A DNA stretch of 64,000 nucleotides from an uncultured delta proteobacterium. Lineage in GTDB: Bacteria > Myxococcota_A > Polyangia > Polyangiales > Polyangiaceae. This document shows, piece by piece, positions 1 through 10,750 of this stretch. The DNA lies in NCBI GenBank assembly GCA_963806225.1, contig CAWDXG010000004.1:480001-544000 (forward strand). The letters run 5' to 3'. A program made the translations under genes and the position numbers. The first letter of the stretch is position 1; every line of letters begins with the position of its first letter. A model generated the notes under the pieces. The model saw only the letters and a list, made by a program, of their open reading frames with translations. It was not told where the DNA came from and searched no databases.

Positions 1-25
1 GCAGCTTCGTACTAGCCTCACCGCG

Positions 26-877
26 ATGCCTCCGGCACGGGAGCGAATGCAGCGCGATCTCACCGCGAGCGGAGTCCGCCTCCGCGTCGTCGAGGCCGGT
101 GACGGGGAGCCAGTGGTGCTGCTGCACGGGCTGTTCGTCGATCACTCGAGCTGGGACGGCGTCATGGACGATCTGTGCACGGATTTCCGGGTCGTCGCTC
201 CCGACCTTCCCGGCTTCGGCGAGAGCGAGAAGCCGCCGCCGAGCCGCTTCCCCTACGGCGTGGACGCATTCGCCGAGACCGTCGCCGACCTGTACGCGGG
301 GCTCGAGCTCGGGCGCGCTGCGCTGGTCGGGCACGCACTGGGCGGCGCGGTAGCGCTGACGCTCGCAGCGCGGCATCCGGAGCTGGTCAGCCGGCTCGTG
401 CTGGTCGATTCGCTCTGCTACCAGACGCCGCTCGATCTGCGGCGCAGGATCGCGCTCCTGCCCCTGGTCGGCGGCTTCGCCTTCAAGCAGCTCCTCGGTC
501 GCCCGGGCTTCCGTGCGCTATTCCGCGAAACCATGCTTTCGGCGCGCGCCAGCGTGCCCAACGAGCGTCTCGACCACTACTACGAGATCTTCAACGAGCC
601 CGCTGCCCGCGGCAGTGCCCTGGCGACGCTGCGCGCCACGGTGGACGCACGCAGCGTCGTTGCCCAGACGACGCGCGTGTCGACTCCCACGCTGATCGTC
701 TGGGGTCGCGCCGACCGGCTGTATCCGGCGGGCTTCGGACAGCGTCTCGCCCGGGAGATACGCGGAGCCGGGTTCGAGCTGATGGACTCGGGCCACTCGC
801 CGCAGGAAGAGCGCCCGGGGGAGCTCGCCGCGGTGGTCCGCCGCTTCCTCCGTTCCGAGCGCCCGTCGGCCTACTGA
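26..877 (+). CDS. alpha/beta fold hydrolase
   Basis: VVLLHG, APDLPGFGES and C-terminal GHSPQEE motifs; the nucleophile elbow reads GHALGG (Ala where Ser is usual). Confidence 0.85.
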   Translation: MPPARERMQRDLTASGVRLRVVEAGDGEPVVLLHGLFVDHSSWDGVMDDLCTDFRVVAPDLPGFGESEKPPPSRFPYGVDAFAETVADLYAGLELGRAALVGHALGGAVALTLAARHPELVSRLVLVDSLCYQTPLDLRRRIALLPLVGGFAFKQLLGRPGFRALFRETMLSARASVPNERLDHYYEIFNEPAARGSALATLRATVDARSVVAQTTRVSTPTLIVWGRADRLYPAGFGQRLAREIRGAGFELMDSGHSPQEERPGELAAVVRRFLRSERPSAY

Positions 878-1002
878 CGCTTCGCCGGACTGAAGCCAGG
901 GTCGAATTTTCCCCAGAAGAGGAAATCGGGCGCGAAGCTCCTTTGACGGCGCCGCGCAAATGCGGGACGACCGTAGGCGCTGCCCCTGCCGCCCCCCCGA
1001 GC

Positions 1003-1869
1003 ATGCTGGATCCGCGCGCTGCCCGCCGTTTCAGGAACAACCGAGGCGCCGTCGTCGGCCTGTTCCTGGTCATCCTGCTCGTCCTGTTCGCGCTGTTCGC
1101 CCCGACGTTGACGGGGCAAAACCCGAACCTGAGCGATTTCGCGCACGGCCAGAACGCTCTGGGACAGCCTGCCGGCATCTCTTCGCTGCACTGGCTGGGC
1201 GTGGATCAGCTCTACCGCGACACCCTGAGCCGGCTGGCCTATGGCGCGCGCGTCTCGCTGCTCATCGCCTTCTTTGCGACAGGACTGTCGATCGGCGTGG
1301 GCGCCGCGGTCGGGCTGCTCAGCGGCTACACCGAGTCGACGCGCGCGCAGGGCATCGATACGGCGCTGATGCGCTTCGTGGACGTTGGGCTCAGCTTCCC
1401 CTACCTCTTGCTGGTGATGGCGATCGGGGCCGCCGTTGGACGCACAACCATCGTGACCATCCTGATGGTGCTCGGGCTCACGAGCTGGTTCGGCACGGCC
1501 CGCATCATCCGCAGCAAGACAATCCAGGTGCGCTCGCTCGACTTCATCGTCGCGTCGCGCGCGCTCGGACAGTCGACGTGGCGGATCCTGGGGCGGCACA
1601 TCCTGCCGAACGTCGCCGGCCCGCTGATCGTGATCGCATCGGCGTCGGTCGCCCAGATGATCATCGCGGAGGCTGTGCTTTCCTACCTGCAGGTTGGCTT
1701 GCCCCCGCCGACGCCCAGCTGGGGGCGCATGCTGCAGGAAGGGCAGCGCTTCATCACGCTCGCGCCGCGGATGACGGTAGCACCGGGCTTCATGATCTTC
1801 CTGGCGGTCATCGGCTTCAACCTGGTGGGAGAAGGGCTGCGCGATGCGCTCGACCCGCACGAGGATTGA
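1003..1869 (+). CDS. peptide/nickel ABC transporter permease (OppC/DppC family)
   Basis: HWLGVDQLYRDTLSRLAYGARVSL, RHILPNV, PSWGRML, GEGLRDALDP; ATG at 1003. Confidence 0.9.
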   Translation: MLDPRAARRFRNNRGAVVGLFLVILLVLFALFAPTLTGQNPNLSDFAHGQNALGQPAGISSLHWLGVDQLYRDTLSRLAYGARVSLLIAFFATGLSIGVGAAVGLLSGYTESTRAQGIDTALMRFVDVGLSFPYLLLVMAIGAAVGRTTIVTILMVLGLTSWFGTARIIRSKTIQVRSLDFIVASRALGQSTWRILGRHILPNVAGPLIVIASASVAQMIIAEAVLSYLQVGLPPPTPSWGRMLQEGQRFITLAPRMTVAPGFMIFLAVIGFNLVGEGLRDALDPHED

Positions 1870-3608
1870 ACGCTTCCTCTGCGCAGCCCTCGCCGCACTG
1901 GCGACGGCCGCCTGCGGCAAGGGGGGCGTGAAGCCGCCCATCGGTCACGCGCGCGACATCCCGCCGCAGCACGGCGGGACAATGCACACGGCTTTTTTCG
2001 TCGACGTGCGTTCACTCGACGCGGCTACCGCCTTCGACACAGGCTCGTCTTCGCTGGAACTGCTCATCTACGACACGCTGATGAGCTACGACAAGAAGGG
2101 ACACCTCGTCCCGCTGCTGGCCGAAAGCGTGGACATCTCGCCGGACGCCAAGCACTACACCTTCACGCTGCACCGCGGCGTGGTGATGCAGGACGGCAAC
2201 GAGCTCAAGGCCTCCGATGTGAAGCGCAGCATCGAACGCGCTCTCGACCCGGGTACTCCGTGCCCGGTGCCGTCCTTCTACGACCGTATCGCCGGCTACA
2301 AGGCCTTCCACAACGGCAAGGCCAAGCACCTCGCCGGCGTCAGGGTCACGGGCGACTACACCGTCGTCTTCGACCTGTCGGAGCCCGACGCCACCTTCAT
2401 GCCGAAGATGGCGCTGCCGATCACGGCGCCGGTGTGCCGTACGGCAGGCCGCAAGTACCACCGCGACTTCAAGCCGTGCGGCGCGGGGCGGTTCAAGCTC
2501 GTGCGTTTCGAACACAGCGACGTGATCGAGCTCGAACGCAACCAGGGCTACTGGCAGAAGGGCAAGCCGTACCTCGACCGCATCGTCTGGTACCTGTCGA
2601 TGCAGGAGTATACGCAGCGCTTCAAGTTCGAGGACGGCAAGCTCGACTATATGCGCGAGTTCGGCCTGGCAGACTGGATGCTGTATCGCGTCCTCACCCG
2701 CCTGGAAGGGCATGGGCGAGTGGGAGCAGTCGATGGGCACCAATGGCACGTTCATGAACTGCCAGATGAAGCCGTTCGACAACGTGCACATGCGGCGTGC
2801 AGTGGCCTTCGCGATCAACCGCAAGCAGATCTCGTCGATTCGCCCCGGCCAGGTGCGACCGCAATACAAGGTCGTCCCGAACGCGATCGTTCCCGACTCC
2901 CCCGGCTACCCCGGCCAGCACTACGACTACCAGCGCGCGCTCGAGGAGATGCGTCTGGCGGGCTATCCGTACGACCCGAAGACGGGCAAGGGCGGCTACC
3001 CGCACACGATCGAGTACATGGCCGTTATCAATTCGTACTCGCAAGAGGTAGCGGAGGTGATGCAGCAGCAGCTCGCGCGCATCGGCATCAGGATCGAGAT
3101 CCAGATCGTCGGCTATCCGACCTACCTCGCCAAGGCCGGCCGCGCGCACACCGTGCGCATGGGCTGGGTAGGGTGGAACGCCGACTACCCGGACCCGAGC
3201 GACTTCTTCGAGCCTATCCTGTCGACCGCGGCGATCCAGCCCGAAGACAGCCAGAACACCGCGTTCTTCTCGAACAAGGAGCTCGACCAGCTTCTGGTGA
3301 AAGCGCGGGATTCGCGGGACCAGCAGGCGCGCCTCCGCATGTACCGTCGCGCCGAGCAGATCGTGGCCGACCAGGCGCCCTGGGCGACCATCTTCTCGTA
3401 CCGCTACTTCGAGCTGTGGCAGCCGTACGTGCACGGCTACCGGCCCAACCCGATGCTGCAGCAGGACGTGCGCGACATGTGGCTGGACACCGCGGAGAAG
3501 AAGCGCGCCCTGGCCGACAACTGCTCGAGCCCGATCCCGGCGCTCGACCGCCTGTGCAGGCGTGGTCGGACGCGCAGCACCATCGCGCTTGCCATGGGGA
3601 GCCCATGA
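1844..3608 (+). CDS. peptide ABC transporter substrate-binding lipoprotein (family 5), frameshift near 2690-2710
   Basis: lipobox ATAAC; LIYDTL, YTFTLHRGV, GKPYLDRI in the 1844 frame; PFDNVHMRRAVAFAINR and GWNADYPDP in the 2712-3608 frame. Confidence 0.85.
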
Positions 3609-4600
3609 TCCGTTTCATCGCCAAGAAGCTCGGCTGGGCCTTGTTCACGATCTGGGCCGTCATCACGGCGACCTTCCTGATCTACAACATCCTGCCAGCG
3701 GACCCCGCGCGGGTCATCGCCGGGCCACAGGCGCGGCCCGCGGACGTGGCGCGCATCCGCACCCAGCTCGGACTCGATCGCCCGCTCACCGTCCGCTACT
3801 GGCGTTACCTGACGGGCCTGGTGAGCCTGGAGAAGCCTCCACCCAAGGGCAAGAAGGACTCCGCGCTTCACCTCGGGCCAGTGGCGATCGATCTGGGCGT
3901 GAGCTACCTGAAGCGCCAGCCGGTCATCGCTCTGCTGGAGAAGGCGCTGCCGCCAACGCTGCTGGTCGGCATCCTGGCAATCGCCATCGAAGTGTCGATC
4001 GGAGCGCTCGGCGGCGTGCTCGCCGCGATGAAACGCCACTCCGTCTTCGACTGGGGAACGGTCGGCATGACGCTCATCGGGATCAGTGCGCCTACGTTCC
4101 TGACCGGGCTCATCCTGCAGTACTACATGGCGCAGAAGCTGCGGCTGTTTCCATTGGATGGCTACGGCTCGACGCCCATGGAGAAGCTGCACGCGGCCGT
4201 GCTGCCCGCCGTCACGCTCGGCCTGTTCGGTGCGGCGTACTACACGCGCCTGGTCCGCGACGAGATGATCACGCTGCTCAAGCAGGACTACATCCGCACG
4301 GCGCGCGCCAAGGGCCAGCGCGAGTGGGCCGTGGTGTTCAAGCACGCCCTGCGCAACGCGCTGGTACCGCTGGTGACGGTCGTCGGCCTGGAGATGGGTA
4401 CGCTGGTCGGCGGCGCGATCGTGACCGAGAAGATCTTCCGCTGGCCCGGCATCGGCGCGCTCAGCGTGGACGCCATCGTCGAACGCGACGGGCCAGTGAT
4501 CATGGGCGTGGTGATCCTGTTCTGCACCGTCGTGGTCATGGCGAACCTGCTGGTGGACCTGTCGTACGCACTGCTCGACCCGCGCGTACGCCGCAGGTAG
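3605..4600 (+). CDS. peptide ABC transporter permease (OppB/DppB family)
   Basis: MIRFIAKKL, LGLDRPL, QDYIRTARAKG, KHALRNAL, NLLVDLSYALLDPR. Confidence 0.9.
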   Translation: MIRFIAKKLGWALFTIWAVITATFLIYNILPADPARVIAGPQARPADVARIRTQLGLDRPLTVRYWRYLTGLVSLEKPPPKGKKDSALHLGPVAIDLGVSYLKRQPVIALLEKALPPTLLVGILAIAIEVSIGALGGVLAAMKRHSVFDWGTVGMTLIGISAPTFLTGLILQYYMAQKLRLFPLDGYGSTPMEKLHAAVLPAVTLGLFGAAYYTRLVRDEMITLLKQDYIRTARAKGQREWAVVFKHALRNALVPLVTVVGLEMGTLVGGAIVTEKIFRWPGIGALSVDAIVERDGPVIMGVVILFCTVVVMANLLVDLSYALLDPRVRRR

Positions 4601-4672
4601 CCCGGCCCCGACGTTCACCCCGGGGCCGCACGAAACTTTGCCAAAGGGGCCAGAGCCGTAATCTGGCGCGGC

Positions 4673-4945
4673 ATGCGTCATCTCTGGTTTCTGGTTCCGC
4701 TCTCCCTCATGGCCTGGGGCTGCGCGGGCACGCCCGCCGCCGAGCCCGTCCGCCGAGGGCCGCGCTCGAGCTCGCGGCCCCCGCTCCGCCGACGGCAGAG
4801 CCGAGCTCGGTCGCGCTGGGTGGCCGCGGCGCGTCTCGGGCCGCCCGGAGGGCGATACCGGCGCAGGACAGCGCCACGTGCAGCGCTGAGCCGGCGTCCG
4901 CGACTCAGGGCGCCGGGAACGCGGCCGTCGGGGGCTTGCCGGTAG
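4673..4945 (+). CDS. possible small lipoprotein (3' end uncertain)
   Basis: signal-like MRHLWFLVPLSLMAWGC; the remainder looks out of frame and overlaps the convergent gene. Confidence 0.3.
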   Translation: MRHLWFLVPLSLMAWGCAGTPAAEPVRRGPRSSSRPPLRRRQSRARSRWVAAARLGPPGGRYRRRTAPRAALSRRPRLRAPGTRPSGACR

Positions 4946-7332
4946 AGGGCGGCGGGGGCGGCGGCGTCGTCGCTCGGAGGCGGGGGTAGCGCCGCGTGGT
5001 GATGCACGGCCACGGGTCGGAGTCGGTTCGTGCGTGACCGGCTTCGGCGCGACAGGCTTCGGCTGCTCCGCCTTCGGCTGCTCCGCGGGCTGTTCCGCCT
5101 TCGGCTGCTCCGCGGGCTGTTCCGGCGTCGGCTCGACCTTTGGCGGTGCGGGCGCCTCTGCCGGCTGGACCACCTTGCCCCGTCTTCGGGGGCTGGGCCT
5201 TCGGCTGTTCCTTCTCGTGCACGACGCTCGAGCGCACTGGTTCTTGACCGCTCGCGCCGTGGAAGGCGCCCGACCGCCAAACCGCGACGGCAAACACAGC
5301 CAGCAGGAATCCGACGACGCCGGCCACCACGCGGATGTTGCGGGCGCGGCGCTGCTCCTGCTCGGGAGTCCGCGAGATGCGCTGGACCGCGGCTCTTCCT
5401 CCAGAGCGACCAGTTCCTCGACGCCCGCCGAGAGGTCGAGCTGGACCGCCCTCGTAGCGACCCTTCCTCGCCCTCCGAGAAGAACTCGTCGTGCCAGTGC
5501 TCCTCGTCGCCCGCCTTCTGCGGCTGCCGGTCGCCGGTAGGCTTGGCGCTGGACTCGTGCTCCGCCGCCAGCGCGCGCGCCCGGGCTGCGGCCCCCGCGG
5601 CGCTCGGCAACGTGGTCGTGGGCGTCGCGCGCGGCACGTCCTTGCGCGTCGGCGGCTCCTCTCTTCGGGCTTCGGGCTCGCTACGGCGCGGACTTCGCTC
5701 GGCGCCGCCGGCCGCACGTCGCTCCTCGCACGCGGCGGACGCGGCGGACGTGGCGGACGTCGCGCGGACGCCTGCCCGCCGTCCGGCTGCGCCGCGGGCT
5801 CGGCGCCGCTCCTGCGCTCGCCTTCGCCTTCCTTGCGCGACGACGGGAACGGGATGACCTTGCCTGCGGCTCGCGCTGCGGGTGCTTCCCGCGCAGTCGG
5901 ACGGCTCGCCGCGGCTGCGCTCTTCGCGATCGCCACGGCGGCGCGGGCCTCCGGCGAGTCCGGCAACGTGGACTTGGGCAGCTCCGGCCCCGGCGGCCCG
6001 AGTCCCATGCGCGTCCTTGCCCAGGGCTTCGCGCGACTCCCGCGTGCCCGGCGGACCGCTTTGGTGTCGGGGATCCGTCGCCGAAGCCGTCTACCGGCGG
6101 CGCCACCACGCGGGCGCGCTCGCCGGCTTCCTGCTGGCAGCGACGCGCTGACACGCCGTCGAGCCCGGGCAACGTCGTCGGCGACTTCCCCCCTGATCGC
6201 AGGTTCCAGGGTCGGCGCGGGCGGCCGCCACGATGGCGGCGCCGCCTCGCGCGCGACGGGGATCTTCGGCTCGCTGCTGAGCCGCCCTGGAACCACGTCG
6301 AACTCGCCGTCGTCGGAGGACCCGCGTCGGACCGTCGGGCTCCACGCTGGGCACCACCGCGTCGTCGTGCGGCTCCTTTTCGGGCTCCTGCATGACCAGC
6401 AGCCCTTCGAAGTAGAGCTTGGTCACCGTGGACAGCGTCGAGAGGTCCTCGAACGGCGACTCGTCGACCACATCGAACAGCGAGCGGCGGCCGTCGAAAA
6501 GCGCAGGATGCCGTTGAGCTCGTCGGGGATCTCGTTCAGTCGCTCGACGAGTTGCTCGTGATCGATCTCGAACACGGTCGCGAGCGGCGGCAGCTGCTCG
6601 AGCAGCCTGCCCCACTCGTCCACGCGCCGCATGCCTTCCATCAGAAGCCCCTGCGTGGACGTCGGGATGATGTCCTCGTTCTGCACCGGGTGGAAATCGA
6701 CCTCGAATTCGCCCGGCGTTCCAGATCAGCGCCCGATAGACCGCCTCCTCGCCGCGCAGTCGACCGAGCTCGGCATCCACGACCTTGCCGTCACGGAAGA
6801 AGACCTTCGCTTCGCGCCGCCCATCCGTGATGCGGGCCTCGCCGCTCTTGCGGCTGACCTCGAACGTCTGCAGCAGATCGACGACCCCCATGTCGGCGAG
6901 CGAGCCGGACAGCCGCGTCCGCGCGCTCGTCGGCAGACTGGTCGCCATGCGTTCCTGCGTGCGTCGGGCGAGCAGCAGGTTGACCCGGGCGATCAGCTCG
7001 CGCACGAAGATGGGCTTGGTCAGATAGTCCTCGACGCCAAGTTCGAGACCGCGGATCTTGTCCTCGATCGATTTCTGGCTGGTGAGGAAGACGACCGGAA
7101 TCGTCGCGTAGTCGGAGTTGTCCTTCAGGCGGCGCACCAGATCGTATCCGTCGAGCCGCGGCAGACGCGTGTCGGTCAGGATCAGGTCCGGTGTGGAAAA
7201 CTCGATCTTCGCCAGCGCGTCCGCTCCGTCGGACGCCGTGGTGACGCTGTAGCCAGCCTTCTTCAGACTGACTTCGAGAACGCGCACGCTGCGCGGATCG
7301 GCATCGACCAGCAGGAGCTGTTTCTTGGCCAC
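4905..7332 (-). CDS. response regulator receiver + DUF4388/PATAN-like domain protein with Pro-rich linker, one TM helix and Pro-rich C-terminus; several frameshifts
   Basis: receiver [50 protein letters not shown]; continues in other frames as [56 protein letters not shown] repeats. Confidence 0.7.
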
Positions 7333-7443
7333 GTCAGACTACCAGCAGCATCGGGTGGATGGATGGGATGTTGGACCCCCGAGGGGCTTTTCCAGGTTGA
7401 TATCGGACGGTACACCACTTTCACCTTGCGCCGGGAGGTCGGA

Positions 7444-9024
7444 TCATTTTGCCCACGGATTGATGATCTCGCCACCGCCGATCCTGGACTGGGACGACCG
7501 GGTGGGGCGTGCGGTCGCAGCGGGTAGCCGGGACTGCACCCTGGGGCTCGCCTTCACGTGCCCAGGCCCCGTGGCGCGACGGGCCGTCGTGTGCCGCCTG
7601 GACGCCGGCGCTGGCGCCGGGGCGATCGCCGCAGCAGCCGAAAGCGCCGCGGTGGATCGTGACGCCGGCAGCGTCCCTGCCCCCGGTCCCGCGCCGGGCG
7701 CGGGGGTCGGCGCGCGCGCGCTTTCCGCCTTGCTGGCGGCCACAGCCGCGGTTCCCGCGTGGCGGAAGTGCTCCACGGCCCACCACCCTCCAGCCGCGAC
7801 AACCAGCAGCCCGCCGACCGCGGCGAAAACGCCAAACCCGCTGCGCCGCTCGCGGACGCCAGCCCGCTTGAGCATCAGCGACAGTTCCTCGGCGCTAGGC
7901 GCTTCGAGCTCGTCGGCCAGAACCGAACGCAGCCGCGGCGCCGAGCCCGCCTGCGAAGGGCGCACGTCCAGATCGCCCGCGGCCGAGAGCTGCACGATCT
8001 CGTCGAGCGCTTCGAGCAGCTCCTGCATCGACTGGTAGCGGCTCTGGGGCTTCTTGGCCAGGCAGCGCAGCGTCAGGTCCTCGAGCGCGCCCAGCTCCTT
8101 GGTCCCGCCGAGCAGCTCGCTGGGCGGCGCGGGCTCCATGTACATGTGCTTCGTCAGAACGCCCATGGCGCTGTCGGCCTCGAACGGCACCCGCCCGGTG
8201 AACATCTCGTACATCACGACACCGAGCGCATAGATGTCCGCGCGGTGATCGACCGGATCACCGGAGGCCTGCTCCGGGCTCATGTAGTGCGGCGTGCCGA
8301 ACACCATGCCCTGCCGCGTGAGACGGCTCTTGCCCGCCACCTTCGCCAGCCCGAAGTCGAGCACCTTCACCACGTCGCTGCCGCTCATCGCGCCGCCCAC
8401 CTGGATGTTGTCGGGCTTCAGGTCGCGATGCACGATCCCGGCCTCGTGGGCTGCGCCCAGCGCCTCGGCGATCTGCCGGACGATGCGGACAGCCCGGGCC
8501 GCGGGAACGGGCCCGCCCTTCTTGATCAGCCAGCCGAGCGGCACGCCCTCCAGCAGCTCCATCACGAAGTAGGGCTGATCGGACGCGAGCCTGCCGAAAT
8601 CGGTGATCTGCACGACATTCGGATGCGACACCGAGGCCGCAGCCTTGGCTTCCCGGATGAAGCGCGCACACAGCTCCTTGTCGGCCGCGATGTCACGCCG
8701 CAGCGCCTTCAGCGCGAAGGCCCGCCCCAGCGCCTTGTGGCGCACGCGATACACGGTGCCCATGCCGCCTTCACCCAGAACGTCGAGCACTTCGTAGCGT
8801 CCCTCGACGACGGTACCGACGAGCCCGTCCAGATCCTGCGGCGGGCCCGACGCTGGCTCGAGCGGCTCGCCGTCGAACGGACAGAAGCGCGCCTCGCGAC
8901 TGGAGAAGCGCTGGCCGCAGGCAGAGCACACCGAACCGTGCTCTCGCTCCGCACGGACGGTTTCCCGGGGCCCGGCCTCCGCTTCGGCAGGCGGGCCCCC
9001 GAACTGGATCAGCGTTTCGTCCAA
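7444..9024 (-). CDS. membrane-anchored Hanks-type Ser/Thr protein kinase with N-terminal zinc ribbon
   Basis: CSAC..FCPFDG; LGEGGMGTVY, HRDLKPDN, DFGLAK, GTPHYMSPEQ; TM helix near the C-terminus. Confidence 0.92.
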   Translation of the reverse strand: MDETLIQFGGPPAEAEAGPRETVRAEREHGSVCSACGQRFSSREARFCPFDGEPLEPASGPPQDLDGLVGTVVEGRYEVLDVLGEGGMGTVYRVRHKALGRAFALKALRRDIAADKELCARFIREAKAAASVSHPNVVQITDFGRLASDQPYFVMELLEGVPLGWLIKKGGPVPAARAVRIVRQIAEALGAAHEAGIVHRDLKPDNIQVGGAMSGSDVVKVLDFGLAKVAGKSRLTRQGMVFGTPHYMSPEQASGDPVDHRADIYALGVVMYEMFTGRVPFEADSAMGVLTKHMYMEPAPPSELLGGTKELGALEDLTLRCLAKKPQSRYQSMQELLEALDEIVQLSAAGDLDVRPSQAGSAPRLRSVLADELEAPSAEELSLMLKRAGVRERRSGFGVFAAVGGLLVVAAGGWWAVEHFRHAGTAAVAASKAESARAPTPAPGAGPGAGTLPASRSTAALSAAAAIAPAPAPASRRHTTARRATGPGHVKASPRVQSRLPAATARPTRSSQSRIGGGEIINPWAK

Positions 9025-9108
9025 GGGCCCCGCAGGAGCCTAGCAGATCGTCCGCCCGGTCCAATCGGGACAGCTAGCAGGCCGAACAGTCGACCAGGAT
9101 CGCCCCGA

Positions 9109-10533
9109 TCAGGCCAGCGGATTGCCGCACTGGGCGCAGAACTTTGCGCCCGCCGGGTTCGGCGCGTTGCACTTCGAACAGGCCGTCGTTTCGACAGCGG
9201 GTGCACCGGCTTCAGCGGCGGGCGGCGGCGCACCGGGCGGCGGAGCGCCGGGTGCTGCAGCCGGCGGCGGACCGTAGCCCGGCTGCGCCTGCTGCGGCGG
9301 ATAGCCCTGCGGGGGAGCACCGGGCGGCGCGCCGTAGCCCGGCTGCGCCTGCTGGGGCGGGTAGCCCTGCTGGGGCGGGTAGCCCTGCTGCGGCGGGTAG
9401 CCGGGAGGCGGATAGCCCTGCTGCGGCGGATAGCCGGGAGGCGGATAGCCCTGCTGCGGCGGATAGCCGGGAGGCGGATAGCCCTGCTGCGGCGGATAGC
9501 CGGGAGGCGGATAGCCGCCGCCCATGCGACCGCCGTACATCATGCCGGCGCCCATGCCCATGCCGGCGCCCATACCGGCGGCGGCCATGCCCGCGCCCGT
9601 GCCGTCGCCGCCCTTGGACATGCCCTCGCCCATTCCCATCATCGCCTCCGCACCCGCGTACTGCTGGTAGCGGTTCATATCGAGCTGGTTGACGTAGCGG
9701 GCGCGGTTGGCGAACTCCTGATCCAGCGCGTACTGCTTCTGCTGGGCCTCGGCTTCTGCCTGCGACACGCCGATCTTGGCCTTGCGCGCCTCGATCTTCG
9801 CCTGGACGATCTGGTCCTGGAACTCGTCGATGCGAGCCTGGTCTTCCTCGCTCAGGTTGATGTTCAACTTGGCGATCTCGAGAACCTGCACGCCGATCTT
9901 CGCGAGGTCGGGACAGTCCTGGACGATGGCGCGCGCCACGTCCGGGCCGCACTCGCCAAGATCCATGAACGTGAGATCACCGCCCTTGATCATGCGGGCC
10001 AGGGTCGCCTTCAGACCCATGAGGATCTGGTCGCGCACCCACTGCATCGCCATGTCGGGATCGATGGCGCCCGTCTGGCCGATGAACTGGCCGATGAAGG
10101 TGGACGGATCGATGACCTTGAACGAGTAGGTGCCGAATGCCCGCGGACTGACGCGCAGATCGAGCTCGGGATCGCGCATCGACCCGATAGGCCCGCCGAA
10201 ACCCAGCGGCCGCCCCTCCGCGTCGCGGAAGATCATGCGCGTCGTAACGAAATACAGCTCGGAGATGAACACCTGGCCGCCGGTGAACTGCTGCACCAAC
10301 GAATTCAGGAACGGGATGTTCTGTGTCTGCAGCGTGTGGCGCCCCGGGCCGAGGATGCCAACGGCCTGGCCGTCCTTGAAGAACAGCGCGACCTCGTCGG
10401 AATCGACCGTGAGCTGGCTCCAGAACGGGAACTGCTGGTCGGGATGCTTGAAGAAGACCTTGTCCTTGTCCGTGTCCGGGCGCGCGATCATCATCTGCTG
10501 CACGCCGCCCTTGACGAAATCCATGATGCCCAT
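9109..10533 (-). CDS. SPFH (band 7)-like protein with GYPPQQ repeats and C-terminal zinc ribbon
   Basis: SQLTVDSDEVALFFKDG, GPGRHTLQTQNIPFL, RAFGTYSFKV, CSKC..KFCAQCG; start MGIMDF at 10533. Confidence 0.85.
   Translation of the reverse strand: MGIMDFVKGGVQQMMIARPDTDKDKVFFKHPDQQFPFWSQLTVDSDEVALFFKDGQAVGILGPGRHTLQTQNIPFLNSLVQQFTGGQVFISELYFVTTRMIFRDAEGRPLGFGGPIGSMRDPELDLRVSPRAFGTYSFKVIDPSTFIGQFIGQTGAIDPDMAMQWVRDQILMGLKATLARMIKGGDLTFMDLGECGPDVARAIVQDCPDLAKIGVQVLEIAKLNINLSEEDQARIDEFQDQIVQAKIEARKAKIGVSQAEAEAQQKQYALDQEFANRARYVNQLDMNRYQQYAGAEAMMGMGEGMSKGGDGTGAGMAAAGMGAGMGMGAGMMYGGRMGGGYPPPGYPPQQGYPPPGYPPQQGYPPPGYPPQQGYPPPGYPPQQGYPPQQGYPPQQAQPGYGAPPGAPPQGYPPQQAQPGYGPPPAAAPGAPPPGAPPPAAEAGAPAVETTACSKCNAPNPAGAKFCAQCGNPLA
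9270..9520 (-). repeat. coding tandem repeat (33 bp unit, GYPPPGYPPQQ, plus variants)
   Basis: repeated cggatagccgggaggcggatagccctgctg on the + strand. Confidence 0.9.
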
Positions 10534-10750
10534 GTGGCTTCTTTCTCCTTGGCTCTTCCGCGGACCGGCAATGCCCCGGACCCGGCCCGGAACGACAATA
10601 AACGCTGTGGCACCCCCGGGCAACCGGTGCCCTGGACGCTGAGGAGCCGCGCAGCGCCCGGCACGTGTTCCCGCTACGGAAGGCGGCCGCGCCAGGCGGC
10701 GAAATGCCATGTATGGTGTGGGCCACGCGGGGCGCAGCCCGACAAGCGCC

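Noticed and set aside
1844..4600. 918 aa binding protein-permease fusion in the ORF track
   Set aside because: Artefact of the frameshift near 2700; the binding protein ends at 3608 and the permease has its own ATG at 3605.
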